Source: an uncultured Candidatus Saccharibacteria bacterium (GTDB taxonomy: Bacteria > Patescibacteriota > Minisyncoccia > Phycocordibacterales > UBA2100). From it: DNA of 64,000 bases. Position 1 is the stretch's first letter. Each line of letters starts with the position of its first letter. Under the pieces are notes generated by a model. That model did no database searches and had not been told where the DNA came from. It saw only the letters and a program-made list of their open reading frames with translations. This document shows positions 18,483-27,218 of this stretch, piece after piece. Made by a program: the position numbers and the translations under genes. The stretch is taken from positions 20,992 through 84,991 of the forward strand of contig CAYSUJ010000003.1 in NCBI GenBank assembly GCA_964434285.1. Direction: 5' to 3'.

Positions 18483-19475
18483 TTAAAAGATTCTGTTTAT
18501 AAATCTTTTTCCGAACGCTTTTAGCTTTGCAAAAAGTGAAGTTTTTACGAACTCTTCTTCGGAAGAGCCAAAAGTCAGGTACGGATTTCGGATTGCATCT
18601 ATCATTTCAAGTCTTTCTTTTGGATTGTCTATTTCCTCATAATGAGCATCGATTTCATCTGCAATACCAGAAAAGTCGCCTACTCGCTTTCCGAGTAAGA
18701 AGTGGAAGTAATCTGAGTCTAGCGCGGGATCAAGAGACAACGGTTCCATGTCTCTTATAAAATCCATCAAAGAAGATTCTTTTGTTTTTAAGAGGAAGAT
18801 GAGAATCTCGATTGCGTTTCTTTCTTCGTCATCGAAAACAATTTCATCATTCCCCCAAAGGATTTTTGCGGCCTTTGAGGTGCTGCCTGAGATTTCATAG
18901 GTATACAGATTCTTTGCTCTCGCAGCATCTTCAATAATGGCGTGGAGTTGCGTGGTTATTTTCTTTACAGTGCGACCCATAAAGCGCTTAACTCTTAAAG
19001 AATTTTCTATCCCGAATATATTTTCCTTAGTATCAATTCCAAGATATTTACGCAGGAAGTGGTGCAGGGCTATCTTATCTTTTGATAGATCTTTAATCGA
19101 TTGCAGGTTAAATCTATCGTAACGATGAGTCTTGTAGAAAACAGAAAGAAGTCCTAGTAGAGCGATAGATGCACCGCCTGGATTAATGGGCACTCTTGCC
19201 TTTATCCTATTCAGAAGCTCTAAATGGTTATGCGTAAGAAGAGATTTTTCAAAGGCATTCACGTCAGTTTGTGCGTCGAACTCCAGAAGAATCACCGCTA
19301 CCTTAAGTAGCCTCTCAAGACCGATGGAAAGAGTGTAGAGGACTGGAAATACCTCTGTTTCCAGGCTTAAAGTCTTCATGTCATGAAGATTCTTCAAGCC
19401 GTCATATATGAAATTACAGGCAATTTCATGCTCGGTACCAAGCTGGAAATTCTGCCAGAATTGCTCGGGATTCAT
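18483..19475 (-). CDS. Hypothetical alpha-helical protein, possible Abi/HEPN-like abortive-infection protein
   Basis: 330-aa cytoplasmic helical protein in an AT-rich island context. It contains R-x(4-6)-H-like spacing (RYDRF...HH). The assignment is speculative. Confidence 0.35.
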   Translation of the reverse strand: MNPEQFWQNFQLGTEHEIACNFIYDGLKNLHDMKTLSLETEVFPVLYTLSIGLERLLKVAVILLEFDAQTDVNAFEKSLLTHNHLELLNRIKARVPINPGGASIALLGLLSVFYKTHRYDRFNLQSIKDLSKDKIALHHFLRKYLGIDTKENIFGIENSLRVKRFMGRTVKKITTQLHAIIEDAARAKNLYTYEISGSTSKAAKILWGNDEIVFDDEERNAIEILIFLLKTKESSLMDFIRDMEPLSLDPALDSDYFHFLLGKRVGDFSGIADEIDAHYEEIDNPKERLEMIDAIRNPYLTFGSSEEEFVKTSLFAKLKAFGKRFINRIF

Positions 19476-19542
19476 GGAAGATTAGTAAACACCTAAGGAC
19501 CTGGGGGTGCAATGATGTCCTTAGCAGCTATACAATACTTGA

Positions 19543-19728
19543 ATGACTGATGTGGAACTGATGACAATCAAGGAAGTTGCCGCGATGCTTAAGATATCTG
19601 AGCCCTCCGTTCGTCGCCTACAGCAGGAAAGACATGTCCCCTTCCTTAAGATTCGAGGAGCTATCCGCTTTGAGAAAACTGATATCTTGAATTATCTGAA
19701 AAAGGTTCGGATCGAATCTATCCGGTAA
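19543..19728 (+). CDS. Excisionase/MerR-type helix-turn-helix DNA-binding protein
   Basis: TIKEVAAMLKISEPSVRRLQQERHVPFLKIRGAIRFEKTDILNYL matches the HTH_17 excisionase-family DNA-binding domain. Confidence 0.7.
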   Translation: MTDVELMTIKEVAAMLKISEPSVRRLQQERHVPFLKIRGAIRFEKTDILNYLKKVRIESIR

Positions 19729-19821
19729 CCACTATTGGCCTTGTCGGTCTTTCCTGTACCGCTCTTCACTAGTAAAGCTCTGCTGTTGGCAGAGTTGCCC
19801 AAGAACGACAAAGCCCCAGGA

Positions 19822-20232
19822 TTATCTTAGACGATATCCATGGCTTTGGCGTATACCCGTTTTCGTCAAAATTACACGGACCGCTAGATAACAAAGCGGG
19901 TAGAGAATAATCGCACATGCGAGCTCAAAATATTTACTGAGAAATGCCTCTGGTCCGTTTATCAGTCCGACCAAAAATAAGATGCCGAAATAAAGATAGT
20001 GGTAGAGAAGACTGCCCAATGGTCCCCATCGACCAGTTAGAATGTATAACAAAATAACGAACAACAAGAGGCCGATTAGTATCCCTAGAATTTGGAATGG
20101 ATATGCGACAAGGATAGACATTCCGGCTTCCCACAGCTGGCGATATGCACCTTCAAGCGCCCTGTCGTACATGGCAGGAATTCCAGAAATCATTTCTGTA
20201 ACCATCTCGACTGGCGTAGAAGTAGAAGTCAT
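19822..20232 (-). CDS. Hypothetical membrane protein (136 aa, 4 TM)
   Basis: Hydrophobic ORF. The stop overlaps the start of the upstream gene, which is typical of operon organisation. Confidence 0.45.
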   Translation of the reverse strand: MTSTSTPVEMVTEMISGIPAMYDRALEGAYRQLWEAGMSILVAYPFQILGILIGLLLFVILLYILTGRWGPLGSLLYHYLYFGILFLVGLINGPEAFLSKYFELACAIILYPLCYLAVRVILTKTGIRQSHGYRLR

Positions 20233-21290
20233 TTTCCGAGAATTAATTTGACCAAATCTTCTTCTTTTTCATAAGCACGAAATCGTCCCTCAAGCATCCC
20301 GAGTCGATAGTGTACTCCCTCGCTCATAAGCCGCCAATTGGTGCCTATTAGCGTCTTATTTATGAGTCTTTTCAGATCATGACTACTTGCTCGCTCTTCC
20401 CTGTCTGAAGCGATGTCATGAACAGTAAACGGCACAACGACATCACGACCAATCTCGGGATCTTTGAACTGGAGCTTGATATATTTGGCAGCCTCCATAG
20501 CGGGAGCCAATAATTGTTCTAGCTCGATGATTTTCAGTCTTCGTATATTCGCCACCTGGTCGTACAGCTCTTTGTTATTATCTTTCTCCTTCTGTTTTTC
20601 GAGAACCTCATTGATACTCCGCAGCGTCTGCATCCATCCCACATACCTCTGCCCTTCCGCCTCATCGCAGAACCGCGCACGATCCTTCTCGAAATCAGGA
20701 TCTATTTTTGGCTTATCAGCAATCCGTTCGATTTCGCTCACTTCCCTGTTTCCGCACTTAGGACAGGTAGAAATTGTGACAAACTTTTTCTTGGTAGTCT
20801 TGTCTTCCTGCTTGAAAGACGTCCTGCACTTCGGACACTTGGAGCTGTTGTATTTCCATTCTTCGCTGTTGTCATAGAAGGCGCGGCGCGGGATGTGATT
20901 CAGTGTGCAGTCGTACATGAACATGACCCGATGCGGCTTATCTAAATTCGTCTCCATATGCTTATGTGTGACGAACATCTCTCTGCCACAGGTAAGGCAG
21001 TTGATGCCCTTAGGAGCCTTTGCCGATTCGAAGAACTGGTCTTTTTCTTCGTCATCACGCATCCATTGAGTAATGGTTTTTTCCTTCTTTGAATACAGCT
21101 CCCCTGCCAAGAACCATACATGGAGTCGGCTAAAGGCACCGACCATGCGTTCCTTATCTTTCTTCGTAAGCTTCTTTTTCTCGTGCTTCTGAATGTCTTC
21201 TCCCGAGATCGCTTTTTCCGCCCAGCGACACCGTTCGATCGTCATGCGATCATAGCGATCTACATATTCCTGACGGGGCTTAAGATGCAT
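20229..21290 (-). CDS. Hypothetical protein with multiple zinc-ribbon motifs
   Basis: CLTCGREM, KCPKCRTSF and CPKCGNREVSE CxxC pairs. Lys/Glu-rich. No enzymatic domain recognised. Confidence 0.45.
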   Translation of the reverse strand: MHLKPRQEYVDRYDRMTIERCRWAEKAISGEDIQKHEKKKLTKKDKERMVGAFSRLHVWFLAGELYSKKEKTITQWMRDDEEKDQFFESAKAPKGINCLTCGREMFVTHKHMETNLDKPHRVMFMYDCTLNHIPRRAFYDNSEEWKYNSSKCPKCRTSFKQEDKTTKKKFVTISTCPKCGNREVSEIERIADKPKIDPDFEKDRARFCDEAEGQRYVGWMQTLRSINEVLEKQKEKDNNKELYDQVANIRRLKIIELEQLLAPAMEAAKYIKLQFKDPEIGRDVVVPFTVHDIASDREERASSHDLKRLINKTLIGTNWRLMSEGVHYRLGMLEGRFRAYEKEEDLVKLILGK

Positions 21291-21300
21291 AGGACGCTAT

Positions 21301-22002
21301 TTATTCATCCATGAGCTTTTTAGCTTTTTTGCGTAGCGCCTCAAGCTCTGCAAACTCCTCTTTATGGTGTTTAAGCTGAGCATTCATTAACCACGGGAAG
21401 GTGGTCTTATGAAGATAATCATGCGAGATTTGAAACACACCCACAGCGGATTCCTTCTGTAGCTGTACGAATTTCTCTCCTTTTGAGTAATAGCCTGATT
21501 CTTTATCTAATTGATCAATAAAAATCACAAATTTCGTAACAAATTCCTCGTCAACCATTCGACTCTCAAGTCCCAATGGCGGTAGTTCATCATGACAATA
21601 GATATTCCTGAGACATTCTATAAAACCCACTAAAGGATCCTCAAGAAACTCATCCTTAATCTTCTTAGCATACTCGCCATTTAATGCAGCTTCGTCGGAC
21701 CCATATAATTTCCGAATCATTTTTCTACAATGATCTTTATATGCGACTGCACTGCAGAGAAAATTTACAAAACATCTGGAAGCTTCAATCATTACTTTCT
21801 CTTTCTCCGTTTCCTTACCTTTTGGGAAAAAAGGAATAGCTTTCGTTATCTTTTCAAGATAACCGTAATTTATCACCATTATTTTGAAACTATTCTCCAG
21901 CCTATACGCATGGAGATCGAGTTGATATCCACGAGAACTTTCAATTTCATCAATCACTTTTTTAAATTCCTCAAAATTCTTCATATTATGAATCACTCCC
22001 AT
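21301..22002 (-). CDS. Hypothetical protein (233 aa)
   Basis: AT-rich helical ORF. No family recognised. Confidence 0.4.
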   Translation of the reverse strand: MGVIHNMKNFEEFKKVIDEIESSRGYQLDLHAYRLENSFKIMVINYGYLEKITKAIPFFPKGKETEKEKVMIEASRCFVNFLCSAVAYKDHCRKMIRKLYGSDEAALNGEYAKKIKDEFLEDPLVGFIECLRNIYCHDELPPLGLESRMVDEEFVTKFVIFIDQLDKESGYYSKGEKFVQLQKESAVGVFQISHDYLHKTTFPWLMNAQLKHHKEEFAELEALRKKAKKLMDE

Positions 22003-22410
22003 ATTCGCACTACCTAAAATAAGTACAAGGAACCATTTGCACCTCTTGCACCTTTCTCACATCGTGGTGTTATACACACCCCCCTCTTGAAAAACGCTGT
22101 GCTTAAGCGAGGATAGAGAGGCACATTGAAAGACCATTAAGATCTTCCTCTGGTTCTTCTCGGGATACGTAGCCGAGGGCGAAAGCCGAAATACACAGAA
22201 TCGAAAGGGTGATCGAAATGGATTTACAGAGAAAACTGATGCGTTGAGCTCGAGGGCGAAAGCCATAGGAGCGATATCCATCCAAGGGCTGTAGATCTGA
22301 AGTTGTAATTCCCCACGGGGTTTAACAGCTTTGGATTTGCGGCTCTTTTTTATTGAGCCGCCAATCCCCTTGGTGTCTTTCTCGTTGCGATAGCAATTAG
22401 AACGAATGAT

Positions 22411-23730
22411 ATGGAAAAGCTCATTTGGCATACCCAACAGCGGAAAGTAAACGAATTACTCCCCTTCAAGCAGAATCCTCGCAAGATGTCAGAAAGACAG
22501 ATTGCCGACCTTACCAAGTCTCTCAAGAAATACGGCCTCGTGGAGATCCCTGCTATCGATACGGATAACCGAATCCTAGCGGGTCATCAGCGACTCGCTG
22601 TCATGCAGCTCCTTGGTCGCGGCGATGAGATGATCGACTGCCGCATTCCTAACCGAAAGCTGACAGAGGAGGAATTTAAACAGTACCTCATCATTTCCAA
22701 TAAGGTGCATGGCGACTGGGATGAGGACATTCTTGCTGAGTACTTCGATATGGACCTTCTTCTTGATTCCGGATTCGATACCGAAGAATTGAGTGATGTT
22801 TTCTCAGAAGCCCTCGAAACAGAAGATGACAAATTCGATATCGAAAAAGAGTTAAAGAAGATTGAAGGGCCGAAGTCCAATTCTGGAGAACTGTATCAGC
22901 TTGGTCAGCATCGCCTTTACTGCGGAGACTCAACCAATCCCGAATCAGTCCTGAAAGTGGTCGGGGACGCGAAGATCGACATGGTGTATTGCGATCCTGT
23001 GTACAACATTAATCTTAGCTACAAGACAGGGATCGGCGGCACAAAAAACTATGGCGGGTCTGCCAAAGATGTTCGCTCCCCCGAGGAATACGAAACATTC
23101 TTGCACAAGACTATTGAGAACGCACTCGCTGTAGCCAAGCAAGATGTGCATGTCTTCTACTACTGCGATCAGACGTATGTCCCACTCATCGCTAAGCTCT
23201 ATGCCACGTTGGGCATCCGATTCATGCGCACCTGTATCTGGCTCAAGGGAGTGGCCAATCCAGTGCCGCAGGTCGCCTTCTCAAAGGTATATGAGCCCTG
23301 CGTATACGGCGTGCGCGGAAAGCCCTACCTCTCCCCTCACCACACCAACTATGACGAGGTGCTGAACAAGGAGATAGGGACTGGTGGTCAGATGATCGAG
23401 AATTTCCTCGACATGATCGATGTCTGGGCAGTGCAACGGCTCTCAGGCAGCGAGTATGAACACCCTACCGAGAAGCCGGTGACCCTCCATGACAAGCCGA
23501 TACGCCGCTGCACGAAGATCGGAGACAACATCCTTTCTCTCTTCGGCGGAAGCGGTGGTGAGCTGTTAGCAGCCCATCAACTCAACCGGAAGTGCTTTAT
23601 GGTCGAAATGGACCCTGTCTTCGTGGATCTCATTATCAGGCGCTACGAGGCATTTACCGGTGAGAAAGCGAAGCGTATCAGTGTACGAAATACGGACCGG
23701 AAATCGTTGAAAAGATTTGTCAGGAGTTGA
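22411..23730 (+). CDS. ParB-like nuclease N-terminal domain fused to a beta-class N6-adenine/N4-cytosine DNA methyltransferase
   Basis: N-terminal ParB/Srx fold (PAIDTDNRILAGHQRLAV). MTase motif IV DPVY (VYCDPVYNI) precedes motif I FGGSGGE near the C-terminus, which is the N6_N4_Mtase arrangement. No cognate restriction endonuclease gene is nearby. Confidence 0.75.
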   Translation: MEKLIWHTQQRKVNELLPFKQNPRKMSERQIADLTKSLKKYGLVEIPAIDTDNRILAGHQRLAVMQLLGRGDEMIDCRIPNRKLTEEEFKQYLIISNKVHGDWDEDILAEYFDMDLLLDSGFDTEELSDVFSEALETEDDKFDIEKELKKIEGPKSNSGELYQLGQHRLYCGDSTNPESVLKVVGDAKIDMVYCDPVYNINLSYKTGIGGTKNYGGSAKDVRSPEEYETFLHKTIENALAVAKQDVHVFYYCDQTYVPLIAKLYATLGIRFMRTCIWLKGVANPVPQVAFSKVYEPCVYGVRGKPYLSPHHTNYDEVLNKEIGTGGQMIENFLDMIDVWAVQRLSGSEYEHPTEKPVTLHDKPIRRCTKIGDNILSLFGGSGGELLAAHQLNRKCFMVEMDPVFVDLIIRRYEAFTGEKAKRISVRNTDRKSLKRFVRS

Positions 23731-24272
23731 ACAAGAATCCGAATATTAGCTACGTCTGCCGGAAAGTCGGTATCGACAAGAGCACATTCTACCGATGGCA
23801 GTCCAAATACGATACGTTCTTTCGCCGCATCTTGAGCGCGGAGATGTGGGGTCGGGAAAACATCAACGACGTGGCGGAAAGCGTCATCCTAAAAGCGGTT
23901 CACGCGGGTGATATGAAAGGTTCACAATACTGGCTCAGCCATAATCATCCGCGATACGTCGCTCTTGAACGAATCCCGTACCTCGCAAGCCTTAATAAAA
24001 GCCTGATTGAAGAGTTAAGTGCTCCGATCTCCAAAACATCCAAGTTCGAGCCGCTCTTCGAGTATTATTTCATCTGCGAAGAAGTGCAGAGGGATAAAGA
24101 AGCACGAAAGATGGTGGAGCCGCTCGTTAAGGTTGCCTGCGACGGCGACGAGGAACTTTACGAACTATTTTTTGCCTCGTATGCTGAGTGGAAAGCAGAA
24201 AAGATACGGATAATTAAGGAATATATCGATGCGGGGATTAGGCCGCCTCGCCCCAAACGTCGTAGAAGGTAA
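23727..24272 (+). CDS. Hypothetical protein (181 aa)
   Basis: Translationally coupled (ATGA overlap) to the methyltransferase gene. The N-terminal segment has a possible HTH. No confident family. Confidence 0.4.
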   Translation: MNKNPNISYVCRKVGIDKSTFYRWQSKYDTFFRRILSAEMWGRENINDVAESVILKAVHAGDMKGSQYWLSHNHPRYVALERIPYLASLNKSLIEELSAPISKTSKFEPLFEYYFICEEVQRDKEARKMVEPLVKVACDGDEELYELFFASYAEWKAEKIRIIKEYIDAGIRPPRPKRRRR

Positions 24273-24284
24273 TCAAGAAACTCC

Positions 24285-24743
24285 TTAGTTTTGGAACGAG
24301 GTCAGAATACCATTCTCGAAGTAGAGGTAGTTCGAGTAACCGTATACCCATTGCTCACGCTTTCCGCGGGAGGTGACGGTGGTATTTATGTCGTCCGGCT
24401 TTCCCCACGAGGCTAGTGCCTGTGCCTGATCCATGCCCAGTTTAACTTTCTTCTCTGCGATTATCTCGCAGGTTTCCTTATCCCAGCCGGGATGAGCTGT
24501 ACAGATTTGTCCTGCCTTGGATGCTTCCCATTCTTTTTGTTCTTCAGCCAATCTGGCCTGCTTTCGTTCTTCTAGTCTCTTCTCCGCTGCGACCATTTCA
24601 GGCGTTAGCTCGGCGCGGTATTGAGCTTCTGTATTGGTGCTCACTGTATCCTCCGCGAGAGAACCGGCTACACCAAGACCTATGAACGTTAAGAGTGCGA
24701 GAACGATGATGGTAGAGGTTTTCCATCCTATCGGTTTGCTCAT
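24285..24743 (-). CDS. Hypothetical secreted/anchored protein (152 aa)
   Basis: N-terminal signal/anchor (TSTIIVLALLTFIGLGVAGSLA) followed by a coiled-coil-like region. Confidence 0.4.
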   Translation of the reverse strand: MSKPIGWKTSTIIVLALLTFIGLGVAGSLAEDTVSTNTEAQYRAELTPEMVAAEKRLEERKQARLAEEQKEWEASKAGQICTAHPGWDKETCEIIAEKKVKLGMDQAQALASWGKPDDINTTVTSRGKREQWVYGYSNYLYFENGILTSFQN

Positions 24744-25128
24744 ACGATTTTCTCCTTATTGGATAAATCGATGGCGGCTTTGAGACACACAAAGCCCGCC
24801 ACCAGGAGGGCCGAAGCCCCTACTAGGGTTTCCCCTAATAACGCGATGAACGCCCTGAATGACGGGTTGTCTATGTTCATCGCGATTCCTACGACCATGC
24901 CACCGTTGCCGATAGTTTAGGTCGTCGCCCTCTCGGGCCAATATTGGGTATGTAAAGAGCATAATAGCCCCGACTCGGCTATTGGCCAAGACCCTAGCAG
25001 ACCCCAGGTGTTTGCGAATAGGCTTCCACTACCACACGACGATTCAATGGCTTTGCGAAGTTAAACCACCCACCCGATGATTGGGGTAAGTATGATGGTC
25101 TTACAAATGGCTTTTTTCACAAACAGTC

Positions 25129-25731
25129 CTACTTACGCGCGTCAATTATCGTCCGCACGTACTCTTTTAGCTGTTCCTGAGAAACTTCTGGCCATTTTTT
25201 GAGCTTGTTTTCCGTAAGAGAGTTCACGCAAATGACCAAAGACGGCACATCAGGATTCGGCGTCTCGAAAATCATGGTTGCAGTATTCGGTTTGAGTGCA
25301 ATTGCGTCGTGGAATACTCCCGCTTTCATTTTGTATGCTGATCCGACTGAATGGGTTATATCTTCACGCGTTGTAAGTGAGCATCTCATTCTTGTCATCT
25401 CAAGCGTAGAACTGTCTCCATGATTTTTCACTTCCCAGATTTTATAGTCCCCGTCCGGATCCAACGTCACATCATAGCGGCGTTCAAAGCCCTCTCCACA
25501 TAGGATATGGCTGGTGAAGTCAAAAGAGTGGTTGTGAATTCTGTCGGGCGCACCAAGTTCATCGACATTCATTGCCTCGGGCCAAAAGCGCAAACGAATT
25601 TTTCGAGGCCCTCCCTGGTCAACCTTTGCATGGATGAATCCGAGAGGGTGCATGTGCCCCTCGATTGACAACTTACTCTCGTAAATATCAGAGAGAATCT
25701 GATCTAATTCACTGTCAGATAGATATTCCAT
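25129..25731 (-). CDS. Hypothetical cupin-like protein
   Basis: IHNHSFDFTSHILCGEG resembles a cupin metal-binding His cluster. It is the last gene of the co-directional operon. Confidence 0.35.
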   Translation of the reverse strand: MEYLSDSELDQILSDIYESKLSIEGHMHPLGFIHAKVDQGGPRKIRLRFWPEAMNVDELGAPDRIHNHSFDFTSHILCGEGFERRYDVTLDPDGDYKIWEVKNHGDSSTLEMTRMRCSLTTREDITHSVGSAYKMKAGVFHDAIALKPNTATMIFETPNPDVPSLVICVNSLTENKLKKWPEVSQEQLKEYVRTIIDARK

Positions 25732-25803
25732 AAAACATCGCTACGCTAATTGGCGGGATAATACAACTCTCATGCTAAATTTCCAAATTCGTTATCCAGT
25801 ACT

Positions 25804-26451
25804 TTATTTCACTTCCCCGAGATGTGCGTGGTCATTCCAACCGAGCACATACCATCCTGAATCGTGAAGTCCAAACGACAAATCATATTGAATAAGCGTA
25901 ATGCCAGTATTGTGAGGAACGAACGTCCGTCTTATGTGATCGTATGCTTCTGGGGTTATTTTGTCTCCAAAAATAACCAACGCGAGCACCATTTTCAGGA
26001 ATTCTCCGTGGGTTACCACTAGAATATTCTGCTCCTTTCGTCCCGAGAGAAAGGCCATTGCCTCTTCGGCTCTCTGTTTGAGTTGGAAGTAATCTTCTTC
26101 ATCGGAATGCCGCTTGTGTGGGTCTGCAAACGTATCTTTAACAATACGCATAATAGACTTAACCTCGGCATCTTCCCTGTTTCTGCCACGCACTACCGAC
26201 GGACGCTTAATTTCCTCAAACAAAGGATTTTCGGTAACTGTATGCCCAGTACGTTCGGCGATAATGCGTGCAGTTTGTGCGGCGCGCGTCATTGAACTTG
26301 CAAATACCACGTCAACCGGGATACTTTCGAAACGCTTGGCCATGAATTGAGCCTGTTTGACACCTTTTTCAGATAATTCGACTACTGGGAGCTGGTATTC
26401 ACCGGCCTCATTGCCGTTCGTGGAGCCATGGCGAACAAAATAGATATTCAT
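25804..26451 (-). CDS. Histidine phosphatase (phosphoglycerate-mutase-like) family protein
   Basis: N-terminal catalytic IYFVRHGSTNGN (RHG motif), with a TH/GE pattern in the C-terminal half. Confidence 0.7.
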   Translation of the reverse strand: MNIYFVRHGSTNGNEAGEYQLPVVELSEKGVKQAQFMAKRFESIPVDVVFASSMTRAAQTARIIAERTGHTVTENPLFEEIKRPSVVRGRNREDAEVKSIMRIVKDTFADPHKRHSDEEDYFQLKQRAEEAMAFLSGRKEQNILVVTHGEFLKMVLALVIFGDKITPEAYDHIRRTFVPHNTGITLIQYDLSFGLHDSGWYVLGWNDHAHLGEVK

Positions 26452-26461
26452 AGCGGTAATT

Positions 26462-27214
26462 TTAAGCTATATCCGGCAAATTGCCGACCTTTTTTATAAC
26501 AGTTTCTAAACTCGCGAGGAGCGATTCTTCCGAGGGATCAATCGTAAGATCGGGCTTCGATGGTACTTCATACGGCATATCCTCGCCGATTTTGCCACCT
26601 TTGATATAAATCCAAAATGGGTTAATGAGTTCTGTGATTTTATCCCGCGTCGATTGAAAAGGAGCTATAACTGATACAACGACGTTGAATCCTTGGGCAT
26701 TCAGCATTTTCGCCAACCGAGCGACGCGCATATTATGTTCGTCGCGATCTTCTTTGCTGAACCCTAGATCAGTTGAGATCGATGCTCGCAACTCGTCTCC
26801 ATCGAGTACTACAGCATTCATCCTTTCCTTCAAGAGGTATGCAATCGAAGTTTTGCCAGCCCCAACATTACCAGTGAGCCAAATGATTCCCTTTTTGCTG
26901 TTTCTGATTTTCGTTGCCGAGATTTCTTCAACCTGTTTCTCCAGACGGATGCGTCTGATACCCCATCCAACATCACGCCCATAGCACACCTCTTTGATAT
27001 CTGGTATTGCGATGATCTCGACGTTCTCGTTATCCTCGTACACTTTTCTTATTCGTGCCATTCGTTCTTCGACCGTGTACGGATTACCCTCCGAAAAAGG
27101 AGTATCCCTCACTGCAATGACAACTTTCCCGCCCTCGTCGAGTACGACCTGTATGAGGGCTTTATGTCCGTCGTGAAATGGTTGCCACCTGCCGATGAAT
27201 AGTGATTTGCTCAT
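26462..27214 (-). CDS. Bifunctional TagD-like HxGH cytidylyltransferase / APS-kinase-like P-loop kinase fusion
   Basis: The N-terminal domain has FIGRWQPFHDGH (HxGH) and ISATKIR (ISxTxIR), the nucleotidyltransferase signature of the glycerol-3-P cytidylyltransferase/NMNAT family. The C-terminal domain has GNVGAGKTS (P-loop) and LDGDxLR...DLGFSKEDRDEHNMR, the adenylylsulfate-kinase family signature. Start trimmed to MSKSLFIG (ATG at 27214) to remove the overlap with the MAT gene. Confidence 0.65.
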   Translation of the reverse strand: MSKSLFIGRWQPFHDGHKALIQVVLDEGGKVVIAVRDTPFSEGNPYTVEERMARIRKVYEDNENVEIIAIPDIKEVCYGRDVGWGIRRIRLEKQVEEISATKIRNSKKGIIWLTGNVGAGKTSIAYLLKERMNAVVLDGDELRASISTDLGFSKEDRDEHNMRVARLAKMLNAQGFNVVVSVIAPFQSTRDKITELINPFWIYIKGGKIGEDMPYEVPSKPDLTIDPSEESLLASLETVIKKVGNLPDIA

Positions 27215-27218
27215 AGAT

